A DNA stretch of 48,147 bases, taken from positions 1-48,147 of the forward strand of contig CBFIFT010000002.1 of assembly GCA_965661935.1 (NCBI GenBank), written 5' to 3'. Source of the DNA: Burkholderiaceae bacterium (GTDB taxonomy: Bacteria > Pseudomonadota > Gammaproteobacteria > Burkholderiales > Burkholderiaceae_C). The position numbers and the translations under genes were made by a program. The notes beneath the pieces are model-generated. The model was not told the DNA's origin and ran no database searches. It saw only the letters and a program-made list of their open reading frames with translations. Positions 1-8,818 of this stretch are shown in pieces; the stretch's first letter is position 1; the number at the start of each line of letters is the position of its first letter.

Positions 1-12
1 AGTGGGTGCCAA

Positions 13-762
13 TCAAATGACTTTGGCTTCGTTTTTCAACTTATCGACCAAGGTGGCTACGTCTGGCACCTTGACGCCGGCGCCGCGCACGGGTGGCTCA
101 GAAACCTTGACGGTCGTCAGGCGCGGGGTGACGTCGACACCTAAATCTGCTGGAGTCAGCGTCTCGAGGGGCTTTTTCTTGGCCTTCATGATGTTGGGCA
201 GCGTCACATAGCGCGGCTCGTTGAGGCGCAAATCGGTGGTGATGACCGCAGGCAACTGCACGTTCAGTGTCTCGAGTCCGCCATCAATTTCGCGCTTGAC
301 CGTGGCCACACCATCGGCCACGCTCACCTCGCTGGCGAAAGTCGCTTGCGACCAGCCAGCGAGCGCAGCCAACATTTGTCCGGTTTGGTTGGCGTCGTCG
401 TCGATGGCTTGCTTACCCATGATGACCATCTGGGGCTGCTCTTTGTCGGCCACAGCCTTGAGCAACTTCGCAACCGCCAAAGGCTGCAGCGATTCTTGGG
501 TTTCAATCAAAATCGCCCGGTCGGCACCAATGGCCATGGCTGTGCGCAAGGTCTCTTGGCACTGCGTCACGCCGGCCGATACGGCGACGATTTCGGTTAC
601 AACACCTTTTTCTTTGAGGCGTACAGCTTCTTCGACGGCGATCTCATCGAAGGGGTTCATACTCATCTTGACGTTGGCGATGTCCACGTCGGAACCATCT
701 GATTTGACGCGCACTTTCACGTTGTAATCGACCACCCGCTTGACGGGAACCAGTACTTTCAT
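13..762 (-). CDS. etfB: Electron transfer flavoprotein beta subunit
   Basis: [19 protein letters not shown] start, [34 protein letters not shown]; AGGAG SD upstream of the ATG at 762 (ORF track starts 9 nt earlier). Confidence 0.97.
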   Translation of the reverse strand: MKVLVPVKRVVDYNVKVRVKSDGSDVDIANVKMSMNPFDEIAVEEAVRLKEKGVVTEIVAVSAGVTQCQETLRTAMAIGADRAILIETQESLQPLAVAKLLKAVADKEQPQMVIMGKQAIDDDANQTGQMLAALAGWSQATFASEVSVADGVATVKREIDGGLETLNVQLPAVITTDLRLNEPRYVTLPNIMKAKKKPLETLTPADLGVDVTPRLTTVKVSEPPVRGAGVKVPDVATLVDKLKNEAKVI

Positions 763-828
763 TGCAACCACTCCTGTGATGAAAATTGGGGCGCCGCTTG
801 GAACGAAGCCACCGTCAACCCCAATTTG

Positions 829-850
829 GTTTACGTTACGTAAACGTCAA
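829..850. promoter_or_regulatory. LiuR-type (MerR family) operator upstream of etfB
   Basis: GTTTACGT-T-ACGTAAAC palindrome at 829-845 overlapping GTTACGTAAACGTCAA at 835-850 (14/16 to TTTACGTwwACGTAAA). Confidence 0.8.
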
Positions 851-878
851 TTCTAGTCGGGCATCGCTCACCCAACAA

Positions 879-898
879 AATCGAACGATCGTTCGTTT
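879..898. promoter_or_regulatory. FadP-type (TetR family) operator upstream of etfB
   Basis: AATCGAACGATCGTTCGTTT with palindromic core CGAACGATCGTTCG, fitting the Burkholderiales FadP consensus as I recall it (AATnGwACGAyCGTkCknwT). Confidence 0.75.
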
Positions 899-942
899 TT
901 GATTATACGATGACTGAAGTCACCCCGTGCAGGGTGCGGGTG

Positions 943-2217
943 TCACTGGCCAACCACCCAACGCGCGCCTGCGGGCAGGCTCGGAATCTCGATATGGTGT
1001 TGGCGCAACGCCTTCAGAATGTCTAAATTGATCGCTGAAGTGATATTGGCTCGCCCGTTTTCGACGTCCTCAATCCAAAAACCCAAAACAAACAGCAACC
1101 CCTCTGGCTCGAACGACTTGAGGCTGGCCCGCGGCGCAGGTTCAATCAACACCCGATCTTGGGCAGCTGCAGCAGCCTCCAGCAAGGCGATGACCAGATC
1201 TGGGTCGGTGCTGTAGGCCACTCGCACTTCTGTCGAGAGCCAAACAAGGGGGTCCGCAAGCGACAGGTTTTCAACCCGCGAGGTGATCAGGATCTCGTTT
1301 GGGACGATTGACTCAATTCCGATTGCCGAGCGAAGCACCGTATAGCGGCCGCGAATATCAACCACCGTGCCCTCGAATCCATCAACCTTCACCATGTCAC
1401 CAATGCGCACGCTGCGCTCACCCAAAATGACAAAGCCACTGACGTAATTCGAGGCCAACTTTTGCAGACCAAAACCAATCCCCACGCCAATGGCTCCGCC
1501 CAACACCGAGAGAGCGGTGAGGTCGATGCCAACGAGGCTCAAGGCGATCATCAATCCCACAAAAACCAGTGACACCCGCAAACTATTGGCGAGCATCTTG
1601 CGCAGAGACAAGTCATCGCCACCGGCCCCTTTCAGCAAATGGGACTCGAGTGCTGATGAGACCCAGAGTGCCATCAACAGCACAAAACCCGTGGTGGCAA
1701 TGCCCTCTAAAGTGTTTGACAGGGTCCACACAGTTCCACCCAAATGCCAGGTGATGGCATCCAACTCTTGCCGCACCAGTGGCAGCAAACCCACGGTCCA
1801 CAAAACCCAAGAGAGCAGCGCGAGTGCGACAGCCGATTTACCCATAGAGCGCAGCAACGCGCCGTCCTTGGGCAACACGCGGTCAAGGGTCAGGTGGATC
1901 GCCCACACACCGGCTAGGTAGATCACCAAGCCGAACAGGGCTCCGCGGGCAGGACTTTGATCAAACCAGCCTAGCACCCACAATGCCGCGCAGGCAATCA
2001 AAGGAGGAAGCAAGCCATCCCAGCCACGCAGGCCTAGCCAAACTGAGGTGCTTGTTGCGGGTTTGGCTTTGCGAGCGAGTGCGCCCAACGCCAAACTCAA
2101 CGCGAGTGTGGCGATAACCAAAAACCAGCTTGTTGCGTCAACCTGATGCAACACCAGCCCGAGCGGGCTGTCTGGCCAACGCCACTGCGACCAACTCACA
2201 TGCGAGGCGGCGATCAC
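943..2217 (-). CDS. MscS-family small-conductance mechanosensitive channel
   Basis: Several TM helices then GGAIGVGIGFGLQKLASNYVSGFVILGERSVRIGD and ESIVPNE; start uncertain, GTG at 2217 chosen to avoid overlap with the upstream gene. Confidence 0.9.
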   Translation of the reverse strand: MIAASHVSWSQWRWPDSPLGLVLHQVDATSWFLVIATLALSLALGALARKAKPATSTSVWLGLRGWDGLLPPLIACAALWVLGWFDQSPARGALFGLVIYLAGVWAIHLTLDRVLPKDGALLRSMGKSAVALALLSWVLWTVGLLPLVRQELDAITWHLGGTVWTLSNTLEGIATTGFVLLMALWVSSALESHLLKGAGGDDLSLRKMLANSLRVSLVFVGLMIALSLVGIDLTALSVLGGAIGVGIGFGLQKLASNYVSGFVILGERSVRIGDMVKVDGFEGTVVDIRGRYTVLRSAIGIESIVPNEILITSRVENLSLADPLVWLSTEVRVAYSTDPDLVIALLEAAAAAQDRVLIEPAPRASLKSFEPEGLLFVLGFWIEDVENGRANITSAINLDILKALRQHHIEIPSLPAGARWVVGQ

Positions 2218-2218
2218 T

Positions 2219-3010
2219 TTAAGCGTCTCGCCATTGGGGTTTGCGCTTTTCGACAAACGCCGTTGCACCCTCTTGCGCAACTGGGTGCATCATGTTGTGC
2301 GCCATGGTTTGCGCTGCCATTTGATAGGCAGCTGCCATCGGTGCTTCGCGCTGCTGATAAACCAGCGCTTTGCCCATTGCCAGAGCGACCTTGGGCTTGC
2401 TCAACAGGGTTGAGATCAAGGTTTCCACTGCTGCATCCAGCGCTTCGGGTTCGCAGACTTGGTTCACCAGGCCGCGGACTCTGGCCTCTGCGGCGGAAAT
2501 AAAGTCACCAGTCATGAGCATTTCCATGGCTGCCTTGGTGCCCACGTTGCGCGTCAAGGCCACGCTTGGCGTTGAGCAAAAAAGACCGATATCGATGCCA
2601 TTGACCCCAAACGTCGCTTGATCCGACGCAATAGCCAAATCGGTTTGTGCGACCAACTGGCAGCCGGCGGCGGTGGCAATGGCGTGGACCTGTGCGATCA
2701 CGGGAACCGGCAATAGCATCAACCCCAGCATCATTTTTGAACACTTGGCGAACAAATCCTGATGCGCCTTGATGTCCACCTCTTTTTGCATCGCCTTGAG
2801 GTCGTGACCGGCACAAAAAGCTTTGCCACGCGCAGCAATCACAACCACACGGGCGCTTTCATCCGCCGCCACCCGTTGCGAGGCCAACAGCAACTCGTCC
2901 AGCATGTCATCGCTCAAAACGTTGAATCTCGCTGGATCGTTCAGCGTCCAATAATGAACTCCACGATCATCACGTTGGTGCTCCAACAAACTGTGGCTCA
3001 ATATTTGCAT
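2219..3010 (-). CDS. Enoyl-CoA hydratase/isomerase (crotonase) family protein
   Basis: AFCAGHDLK, ATAAGCQLVA, GLFCSTP, C-terminal AFVEKRKPQW; AGGAG SD. Confidence 0.93.
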   Translation of the reverse strand: MQILSHSLLEHQRDDRGVHYWTLNDPARFNVLSDDMLDELLLASQRVAADESARVVVIAARGKAFCAGHDLKAMQKEVDIKAHQDLFAKCSKMMLGLMLLPVPVIAQVHAIATAAGCQLVAQTDLAIASDQATFGVNGIDIGLFCSTPSVALTRNVGTKAAMEMLMTGDFISAAEARVRGLVNQVCEPEALDAAVETLISTLLSKPKVALAMGKALVYQQREAPMAAAYQMAAQTMAHNMMHPVAQEGATAFVEKRKPQWRDA

Positions 3011-3027
3011 CTCGTCTCCTTAGCAGC

Positions 3028-3960
3028 TCAAGTCGCGAGCTCTCGAACATGGGCCACAACGCTGCGGCCCAACGCTTGCAGTTCATACCCACCTTCTAAA
3101 CAGCTCACAATCTTAGATGTTTTTCCGGCTCGAAAGTGACATTTGAGTTCGCTGGTGATCCATGCATAGTCCGCCTCCACCAGCCCCCACTGCGCCATGT
3201 CGTCATCGCGGTGACCATCAAAGCCTGCGCTGATCAAAATGAGGTCGGGGTCATGGGCGTGCAAGCGTGGCCACCATTCGTCTTGTATGGCACGGCGCAC
3301 CGCTTCGCTATCTGAGTAAGCGGCAAGGGGCACGTTGTGCAAATGCGCTCGGTCTGCGTACCGAGCACCGCCCGGGGGATAGAACGGGTGTTGGTAAAGC
3401 CCCAACATCAGCGCCTGCGGGTGGTCCGCCAAAATATCCTCTGTGCCATTGCCGTGGTGCACGTCAAAATCCAATACCGCGACCCGCTGAGCACCTTGCT
3501 GGAGCGCATAAATGGCACCAATGGCGACGTGGTTGAGCAGGCAAAACCCCATGGCCTGATCGCGGGTGGCGTGATGCCCTGGGGGACGCACCGCACAAAA
3601 CGCATTGTGGTGCGCGCCTTGCATCACCCCATCGATCGCAGCCAAAACAGCCCCGGTCGCGCGCATGGCCGCCTGCAAACTGTGCGCGTTCATCGCTGTG
3701 TCGCTATCCAACTCCACCAACCCCTCGGTCTGTGCCCGACAATGGGCGGCCTGAAGCTGGCTGAGATAGGTTTCGTGGTGGGCGAGCTTTAGCGACTCCC
3801 AAGCCGCCAAAGGCGCTTCGCGCTTTTGCAAACAATCGGCCAAGCCCGAAGCCAGCATGGCATCCTCGATCGCATCCAACCGCAGGGGTGACTCTGGGTG
3901 AGATTCACCCATGCGGTGAAGGCGACATTCATTGTGTGTAAAGTAACCCATCAGTGGCAT
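3028..3960 (-). CDS. Histone deacetylase family (AcuC/AphA-like) Zn-dependent deacylase
   Basis: HPESP, RPPGHHA, GFC, DFDVHHGNGT, SAGFDGH, LEGGY motifs. Confidence 0.95.
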   Translation of the reverse strand: MPLMGYFTHNECRLHRMGESHPESPLRLDAIEDAMLASGLADCLQKREAPLAAWESLKLAHHETYLSQLQAAHCRAQTEGLVELDSDTAMNAHSLQAAMRATGAVLAAIDGVMQGAHHNAFCAVRPPGHHATRDQAMGFCLLNHVAIGAIYALQQGAQRVAVLDFDVHHGNGTEDILADHPQALMLGLYQHPFYPPGGARYADRAHLHNVPLAAYSDSEAVRRAIQDEWWPRLHAHDPDLILISAGFDGHRDDDMAQWGLVEADYAWITSELKCHFRAGKTSKIVSCLEGGYELQALGRSVVAHVRELAT

Positions 3961-3987
3961 CCGAGAAGCTTAGCACCAGACGCGACC

Positions 3988-5109
3988 ATGAAACACCCCG
4001 AACCCACACCCATGCGCCCGCTCGCCTCGGCGCCTACCGCCAGCTCTTTGCTGCTCAAACGGCGCCTTGGCGGACTGCTTGGGTTGGGTTTACTTGGACT
4101 GGCGTTTGCCCACACAGCCCCAGCAGCAAAAGACGCCCGAAGCAGCACCTATGCGCAAGACACTCGCGTGAGTGCATTCGCCAAAGATTGGGCGGCGCGG
4201 CATGGCGTCGCTGCAGCGCCCTTGGTGGCCGAACTCAGCCGCGTACAGATGCGCCATGACATTGTGAAGCTGATGACGCCGAGCGTTCAGCAACGCTCCA
4301 AAAACTGGCGCATTTACCGCGCGCGTTTCATCACCCGCGAGAGAGTTGAAGCGGGGCGCACCTTTTGGGAAGCCCACCGACCAGCTCTGAAGCGTGCACA
4401 GCAGCAGTTTGGCGTGGATGCCCATGTGATCGCAGGCATCCTGGGTGTAGAGACACAATTTGGCGCCAACAAAGGCTCTGTACCGGCGCTAGAGGCACTG
4501 GTCACCTTGGGTTTTGACTTTCCTGCCTCACACCCCAAGGCTGACCAACGCCAAGCCTATTTCCGCAACGAGCTGAGTGAGTTTTTGCTGCTGCGCTTGG
4601 AGCAGGAGCAAGCCAGCCAGAGCTGGCAAGGCAGCTACGCGGGGGCTCTCGGTTACCCACAATTCATGCCCAGCAGTTGGCGCAAATGGGCCATTGACTT
4701 CGATGGAGACGGTCGTGTGGATTTGCTCAACAGCCCCATTGACGCCATCGGATCAGTGGCCAACTACCTCGAACAACACGGTTGGGTTGCTGGCTGGCCC
4801 GCGCGCTGGCCAGCCGGGGTCAATCGCAAAACCGTGCGCAACCTTGATGTGCTTTTAGAGCACGACATCTTGCCCAAACTAACCGCCAGTCAACTCAAAG
4901 AAGCCGGTGTCAAGGGCGTGCCTCCTGCAGTCAACAACGACACACCCCTGGCGTTGGTTGAGCTCTTGAATGGGAAGAACGCGCCCACATACGTGATCGG
5001 AACGCCCAACTTTTACGCCATCACCCGCTACAACCAAAGCAGCTACTACGCGCTGGCTGTGATCGAATTGGGCGAGGCCGTGGCCAATGCAGTCAAGGCA
5101 AGACCATGA
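3988..5109 (+). CDS. mltB: Lytic murein transglycosylase B
   Basis: ILGVETQFG catalytic Glu, GSYAGALGYPQFMPSS, DFDGDGRVDL EF-hand, ITRYNQSSYYA; start at 3988 or 4012 uncertain. Confidence 0.93.
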   Translation: MKHPEPTPMRPLASAPTASSLLLKRRLGGLLGLGLLGLAFAHTAPAAKDARSSTYAQDTRVSAFAKDWAARHGVAAAPLVAELSRVQMRHDIVKLMTPSVQQRSKNWRIYRARFITRERVEAGRTFWEAHRPALKRAQQQFGVDAHVIAGILGVETQFGANKGSVPALEALVTLGFDFPASHPKADQRQAYFRNELSEFLLLRLEQEQASQSWQGSYAGALGYPQFMPSSWRKWAIDFDGDGRVDLLNSPIDAIGSVANYLEQHGWVAGWPARWPAGVNRKTVRNLDVLLEHDILPKLTASQLKEAGVKGVPPAVNNDTPLALVELLNGKNAPTYVIGTPNFYAITRYNQSSYYALAVIELGEAVANAVKARP

Positions 5110-5327
5110 ACCCCCTAAACCCCAAGAAACTGCTGCTGACCAAGTGGACGGCGGTCCGCCCGGTGAACAAGCAAAAACATTTTCTGGTCAGCCGGGTGAT
5201 CAAACCTGCAGACCCCAGCTACGCGATTGAACAGGTGGAAATCGAAGCCGTGTTTTCCAAGGCCGTTCAGGTGATTGCTTGGCGTGAGTTGCAAGACGAC
5301 AGCGTGTGGCGACAAGGCTGGGTGTGA
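5106..5327 (+). CDS. TIGR02450-type Trp-rich small protein
   Basis: NPKKLLLTKWTAVRP...KHFLV...WRELQDDSVWRQGW; ATGA overlap with the mltB stop. Confidence 0.85.
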   Translation: MNPLNPKKLLLTKWTAVRPVNKQKHFLVSRVIKPADPSYAIEQVEIEAVFSKAVQVIAWRELQDDSVWRQGWV

Positions 5328-5442
5328 TCCCAACAGCGGCTGTTGGCTGTTCGCAAATAGGCGCTGACGTTTTTGGATAAGCCACCGCTGGTGCTACTCA
5401 GACTTCACCTGCGGACCAGCCGAGACAAAGGGGTCGCCGCCG

Positions 5443-6246
5443 TCAGTCAGGCGCTAAGGCTTTGATTTCAACCCGTGTGGTCATGTTCTCTGCGCCACCG
5501 CCGTGTCGCACGCCACGGATGGGTGGGCACTGAGCGTAGTCAACGCCCACGGCAATGCGAACATAGCGCTCATCAGTGACGCAGCCGTGTGTGACGTCTA
5601 CGCTGAGCCAGCGCCTTCGCTTGGGATCGGTGCACACATCGACCCAAGCATGTGAAGCGAGTTCTGGCGCATTGCTGTCATAAAAGTAACCGCTCACATA
5701 TCGGGTGGGCCAACCCAGACTGCGACAAGCCAACGCCATCACTTGGGCCTGGTCTTGGCACACCCCCTCTTCCCAGTCGAACGCCTCAAGCGCCTCGGTT
5801 TCAACCACTGTTTTGCCTGCGCGGTAGCGAACCTTTTCGGCCACAGCCGCGGCCATGGCCAGCACAGCATCAACATCTGGGTCTTGCCCAGCAGAGACCT
5901 CGCGTGCCCATTGGGTGACACGGGCATTGCGCCGAGTGAGCGCACCTTCGCGCAAAAAATAACATGGGTCTATGCCATGGGGCTCGTCGAACACACTGAC
6001 TGGGTAGGTTTGCACCGTGCCAGTGGCCACCACATGCGAGCGGGCGCTACCCCCACCGTAGCTGTAGGTGTGCACCAAATTGCCCAGACCATCGCGCCAA
6101 TGCGACAGCGGGCCTAAAGCATCAATGCTCCAGGCCAGCACAACTTGGCTCGCACAGCTTTGGGGCGCCAAGTGCAAGGACTGAATGGCGTATTGCAAAG
6201 GCTCAGAGTATTCGTAGGAGGTGGCATGGGTGATGCGCAACTTCAT
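5443..6246 (-). CDS. Bacterial transglutaminase-like protein (N-terminal domain plus Cys-His-Asp core)
   Basis: MKLRITHATSYEY, GVCQD, RYVSGY, SHAWVD, VDVT, VGVDY..CPPIRG; ATGA-coupled to the alpha-E gene. Confidence 0.92.
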   Translation of the reverse strand: MKLRITHATSYEYSEPLQYAIQSLHLAPQSCASQVVLAWSIDALGPLSHWRDGLGNLVHTYSYGGGSARSHVVATGTVQTYPVSVFDEPHGIDPCYFLREGALTRRNARVTQWAREVSAGQDPDVDAVLAMAAAVAEKVRYRAGKTVVETEALEAFDWEEGVCQDQAQVMALACRSLGWPTRYVSGYFYDSNAPELASHAWVDVCTDPKRRRWLSVDVTHGCVTDERYVRIAVGVDYAQCPPIRGVRHGGGAENMTTRVEIKALAPD

Positions 6247-7214
6247 GAGTGAGCCTCCGCGGGCGACGCCAGCAAGAACTCGCGCCCAATTTGAGCGCCG
6301 ATTGCGCTGACGCGCTCGAGGCATTGGGTGAGATATGCGTGCAGGCCAGTTTCTAAAATTTCACCCACTTTGGCATAAGTTAATTCGGCTTGTAATTTGC
6401 CCGCCAAACGCAACGCATCTGAGTCGTGTCCTAGGGTCAGCGCTTGCAAGTTTTCCACAACGCCGTTGATGCTTGCCCTCAGGCTTCTGGGCATATCGGG
6501 TCGCAAAATCAGCAATTCGGCCACTAGATCTGGCTTGATCACGTCGCTGTATGCTTTTCGATAGATTTCAAAAGCTGAGACGCTCCTCAGTATGGCGCTC
6601 CAATGGTAGAAGTCGTACTCTTGGTCTTGGTCACTTGCGGTCCCATAAAAATCGCTTTGTACCGCATGAAACTTCACATCTAGTAACCGCGCGGTGTTGT
6701 CAGCCCGCTCTAAAAACGTTCCCAAACGCAAGAAGTGAAAAGACTCGTCTTGCAACATGGTGCCAATGGTCACCCCGCGACTCAAATGAGACCTGAACTT
6801 CACCCACTCAAAAAATGATGATGGGTCTTTCTCATATTGTTTCTCAGCGAGTAGCCGCTTGAGTTCGAGCCACGTTTGGTTTTGAGTCTCCCAGAACTCA
6901 GTGGTCAATGTGCCGCGCACGGCGCGTGCATTCTCGCGCGCTGAACGCAGACAAACCGCAATACTTGATGGGTTGCTTTGATCGGCCACCATGAATCGCA
7001 ACACGTTGGCGTCCTCAATCACACCATGCTTGCTGGCGTACAAAGGGAGCAATTCGCTGATCGACAACATACCTTGCCAACCCACTTGGGACACTGCCGC
7101 TGACTGCGGCAAGAGCGAAGTCTCGACATTGACATCTAACATCCGCGCGGTGTTCTCAGCTCGCTCTGTGTAGCGGGACATCCAATACAAATGATCTGCG
7201 GTTCGTGACAACAT
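6243..7214 (-). CDS. Alpha-E domain protein (DUF403)
   Basis: MLSRTADHLYWMSRYTERAENTAR and second repeat LGTFLERADNTARLLDVK (ER motifs). Confidence 0.93.
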   Translation of the reverse strand: MLSRTADHLYWMSRYTERAENTARMLDVNVETSLLPQSAAVSQVGWQGMLSISELLPLYASKHGVIEDANVLRFMVADQSNPSSIAVCLRSARENARAVRGTLTTEFWETQNQTWLELKRLLAEKQYEKDPSSFFEWVKFRSHLSRGVTIGTMLQDESFHFLRLGTFLERADNTARLLDVKFHAVQSDFYGTASDQDQEYDFYHWSAILRSVSAFEIYRKAYSDVIKPDLVAELLILRPDMPRSLRASINGVVENLQALTLGHDSDALRLAGKLQAELTYAKVGEILETGLHAYLTQCLERVSAIGAQIGREFLLASPAEAHS

Positions 7215-7222
7215 GGTGTACC

Positions 7223-8674
7223 TCAATCTTCCAGAACCCAAGTGTCTTTGGTGCCGCCACCCTGAGACGAGTTAACGACCAAAGAGCCTTCTTTCAAGGC
7301 CACACGCGTCAATCCACCAGCCACCATATGCACTCCGTTGGCACCGCTGAGTACAAACGGGCGCAGGTCGATGTGTCTTGGTGCCAACCCCTCATCTACC
7401 CAAATCGGACACGTGGAGAGCGACAGCGTTGGCTGACCTATGTAGCGTTGCGGATGGGTTTGTAAGACTTCGCGAAAACGTTTCAACTCGGCTTGAGTGG
7501 CCTGCGGGCCAATCAGCATGCCATACCCACCAGCGCCATGAACCTCTTTGATGACCAGCTCATGCAGGTGGTCCAACATGTACTTCAAGTCGTCTGGCTC
7601 GCGTCCCAAGTAAGTGGGGACGTTACTCAATAGCGGCGTCTCACCGAGATAAAACTCGATCATTTTGGGCACATAGGGGTAGATCGATTTGTCATCGGCC
7701 AAGCCGGCACCAACCGCATTACAAATGGCAACGTTGCCTTTTCGATATACCGACATCAAGCCCGCACAACCCAATGCAGAGTCACTGCGAAACGACAGAG
7801 GATCCAAAAAGTCGTCATCGACGCGGCGATAAATGACATCGACGCGTTGAGGGCCACGCGTCGTCCGCATGTAAACACGGTCATCCTGGACATAAAGATC
7901 TTGCCCTTCAACCAACTCAACGCCCATTTGCTGTGCCAAAAATGCGTGCTCAAAATAGGCGCTGTTGAACATGCCTGGCGTCAGCAGCACGATGCATGGC
8001 TCCGCGCCCCCCGATGGCGCCATGCTGCGCAAGGTCTCTAGCAACAGGTCCGGATAGTGTGCAACGGGCGCCACGCGGTTTTGGCCAAACAACTCCGGAA
8101 ACAAACGCATGCTCATTTTTCGGTTCTCGAGCATGTAACTCACGCCACTGGGTACGCGCAAGTTATCTTCGAGCACAAAGTACTCGCCCTTCTCGTGCGC
8201 CGCGCCGGCACGCACCAAATCAACGCCACTGATGTGGCTGTAGACTGCCCCAGGCACATCAACACCCACCATCTCTGCGCGAAATTGCTCGTTTTGAAAG
8301 ATCGGTTCGGCCGGTATGACGCCGGCCTTCAAAATCGCTTGCTCGTGATAAATGTCATTGAGAAATCGATTCAGAGCCGTCACGCGCTGAACCAACCCCT
8401 TTTCAAGAAACTGCCACTCATCGGCTGCAATGATTCTGGGAACTGGATCAAAAGGTATCAAGCGCTCGGTATCGGTCGCGCCATCAGCCATATCGCCATA
8501 GACGGCAAAAGTGATACCCACTCGGCGGAAAATCACTTCAGCCTCTTCAGCCATGTCACCCATGAACTCTGGGCTCTTGGCAGCCAACCAACGCGCGAAG
8601 CTGTCGTAGTGTGGGCGCACTTGACCCTCGCGATGGGTGAGCATTTCATCAAAATAGGACAACGCTTGTTTCAT
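7223..8674 (-). CDS. Circularly permuted type 2 ATP-grasp protein
   Basis: FDEM, GITFAVYG, VLEDNLRVPSGVSYMLENR, NSAYFEHAFLA, DDKSIYPYVP, GAGGYGM, VVNSSQGGGTKDTWV; start placed at MKQ (8674) from the promoter position. Confidence 0.94.
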   Translation of the reverse strand: MKQALSYFDEMLTHREGQVRPHYDSFARWLAAKSPEFMGDMAEEAEVIFRRVGITFAVYGDMADGATDTERLIPFDPVPRIIAADEWQFLEKGLVQRVTALNRFLNDIYHEQAILKAGVIPAEPIFQNEQFRAEMVGVDVPGAVYSHISGVDLVRAGAAHEKGEYFVLEDNLRVPSGVSYMLENRKMSMRLFPELFGQNRVAPVAHYPDLLLETLRSMAPSGGAEPCIVLLTPGMFNSAYFEHAFLAQQMGVELVEGQDLYVQDDRVYMRTTRGPQRVDVIYRRVDDDFLDPLSFRSDSALGCAGLMSVYRKGNVAICNAVGAGLADDKSIYPYVPKMIEFYLGETPLLSNVPTYLGREPDDLKYMLDHLHELVIKEVHGAGGYGMLIGPQATQAELKRFREVLQTHPQRYIGQPTLSLSTCPIWVDEGLAPRHIDLRPFVLSGANGVHMVAGGLTRVALKEGSLVVNSSQGGGTKDTWVLED

Positions 8675-8686
8675 GCCTAACTGCAT

Positions 8687-8703
8687 AGCAATTCCTGTAC
8701 CTG
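8687..8703 (-). promoter_or_regulatory. Sigma-54 (-24/-12) promoter of the ATP-grasp operon
   Basis: Minus strand CAGGTACAGGAATTGCT: GG-N10-GC with TTGC. Confidence 0.78.
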
Positions 8704-8770
8704 TTGAATCAAGCCCAAAAGAAGGGCGCGGGCACCACAGGCGTGCTCGCATTGCCACGGGCATCTCTCG

Positions 8771-8818
8771 CCCACCAATATGGTGCCATTCTCAGCCCTC
8801 ATGCACCACGTTAAGGCG
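8771..8818. promoter_or_regulatory. Two NtrC-type enhancer boxes
   Basis: CCCACCAATATGGTGCC (8771-8787) and TGCACCACGTTAAGGCG (8802-8818) vs TGCACCAnnnTGGTGCA; centres 31 bp apart, about 100-135 bp upstream of the predicted start site. Confidence 0.72.
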
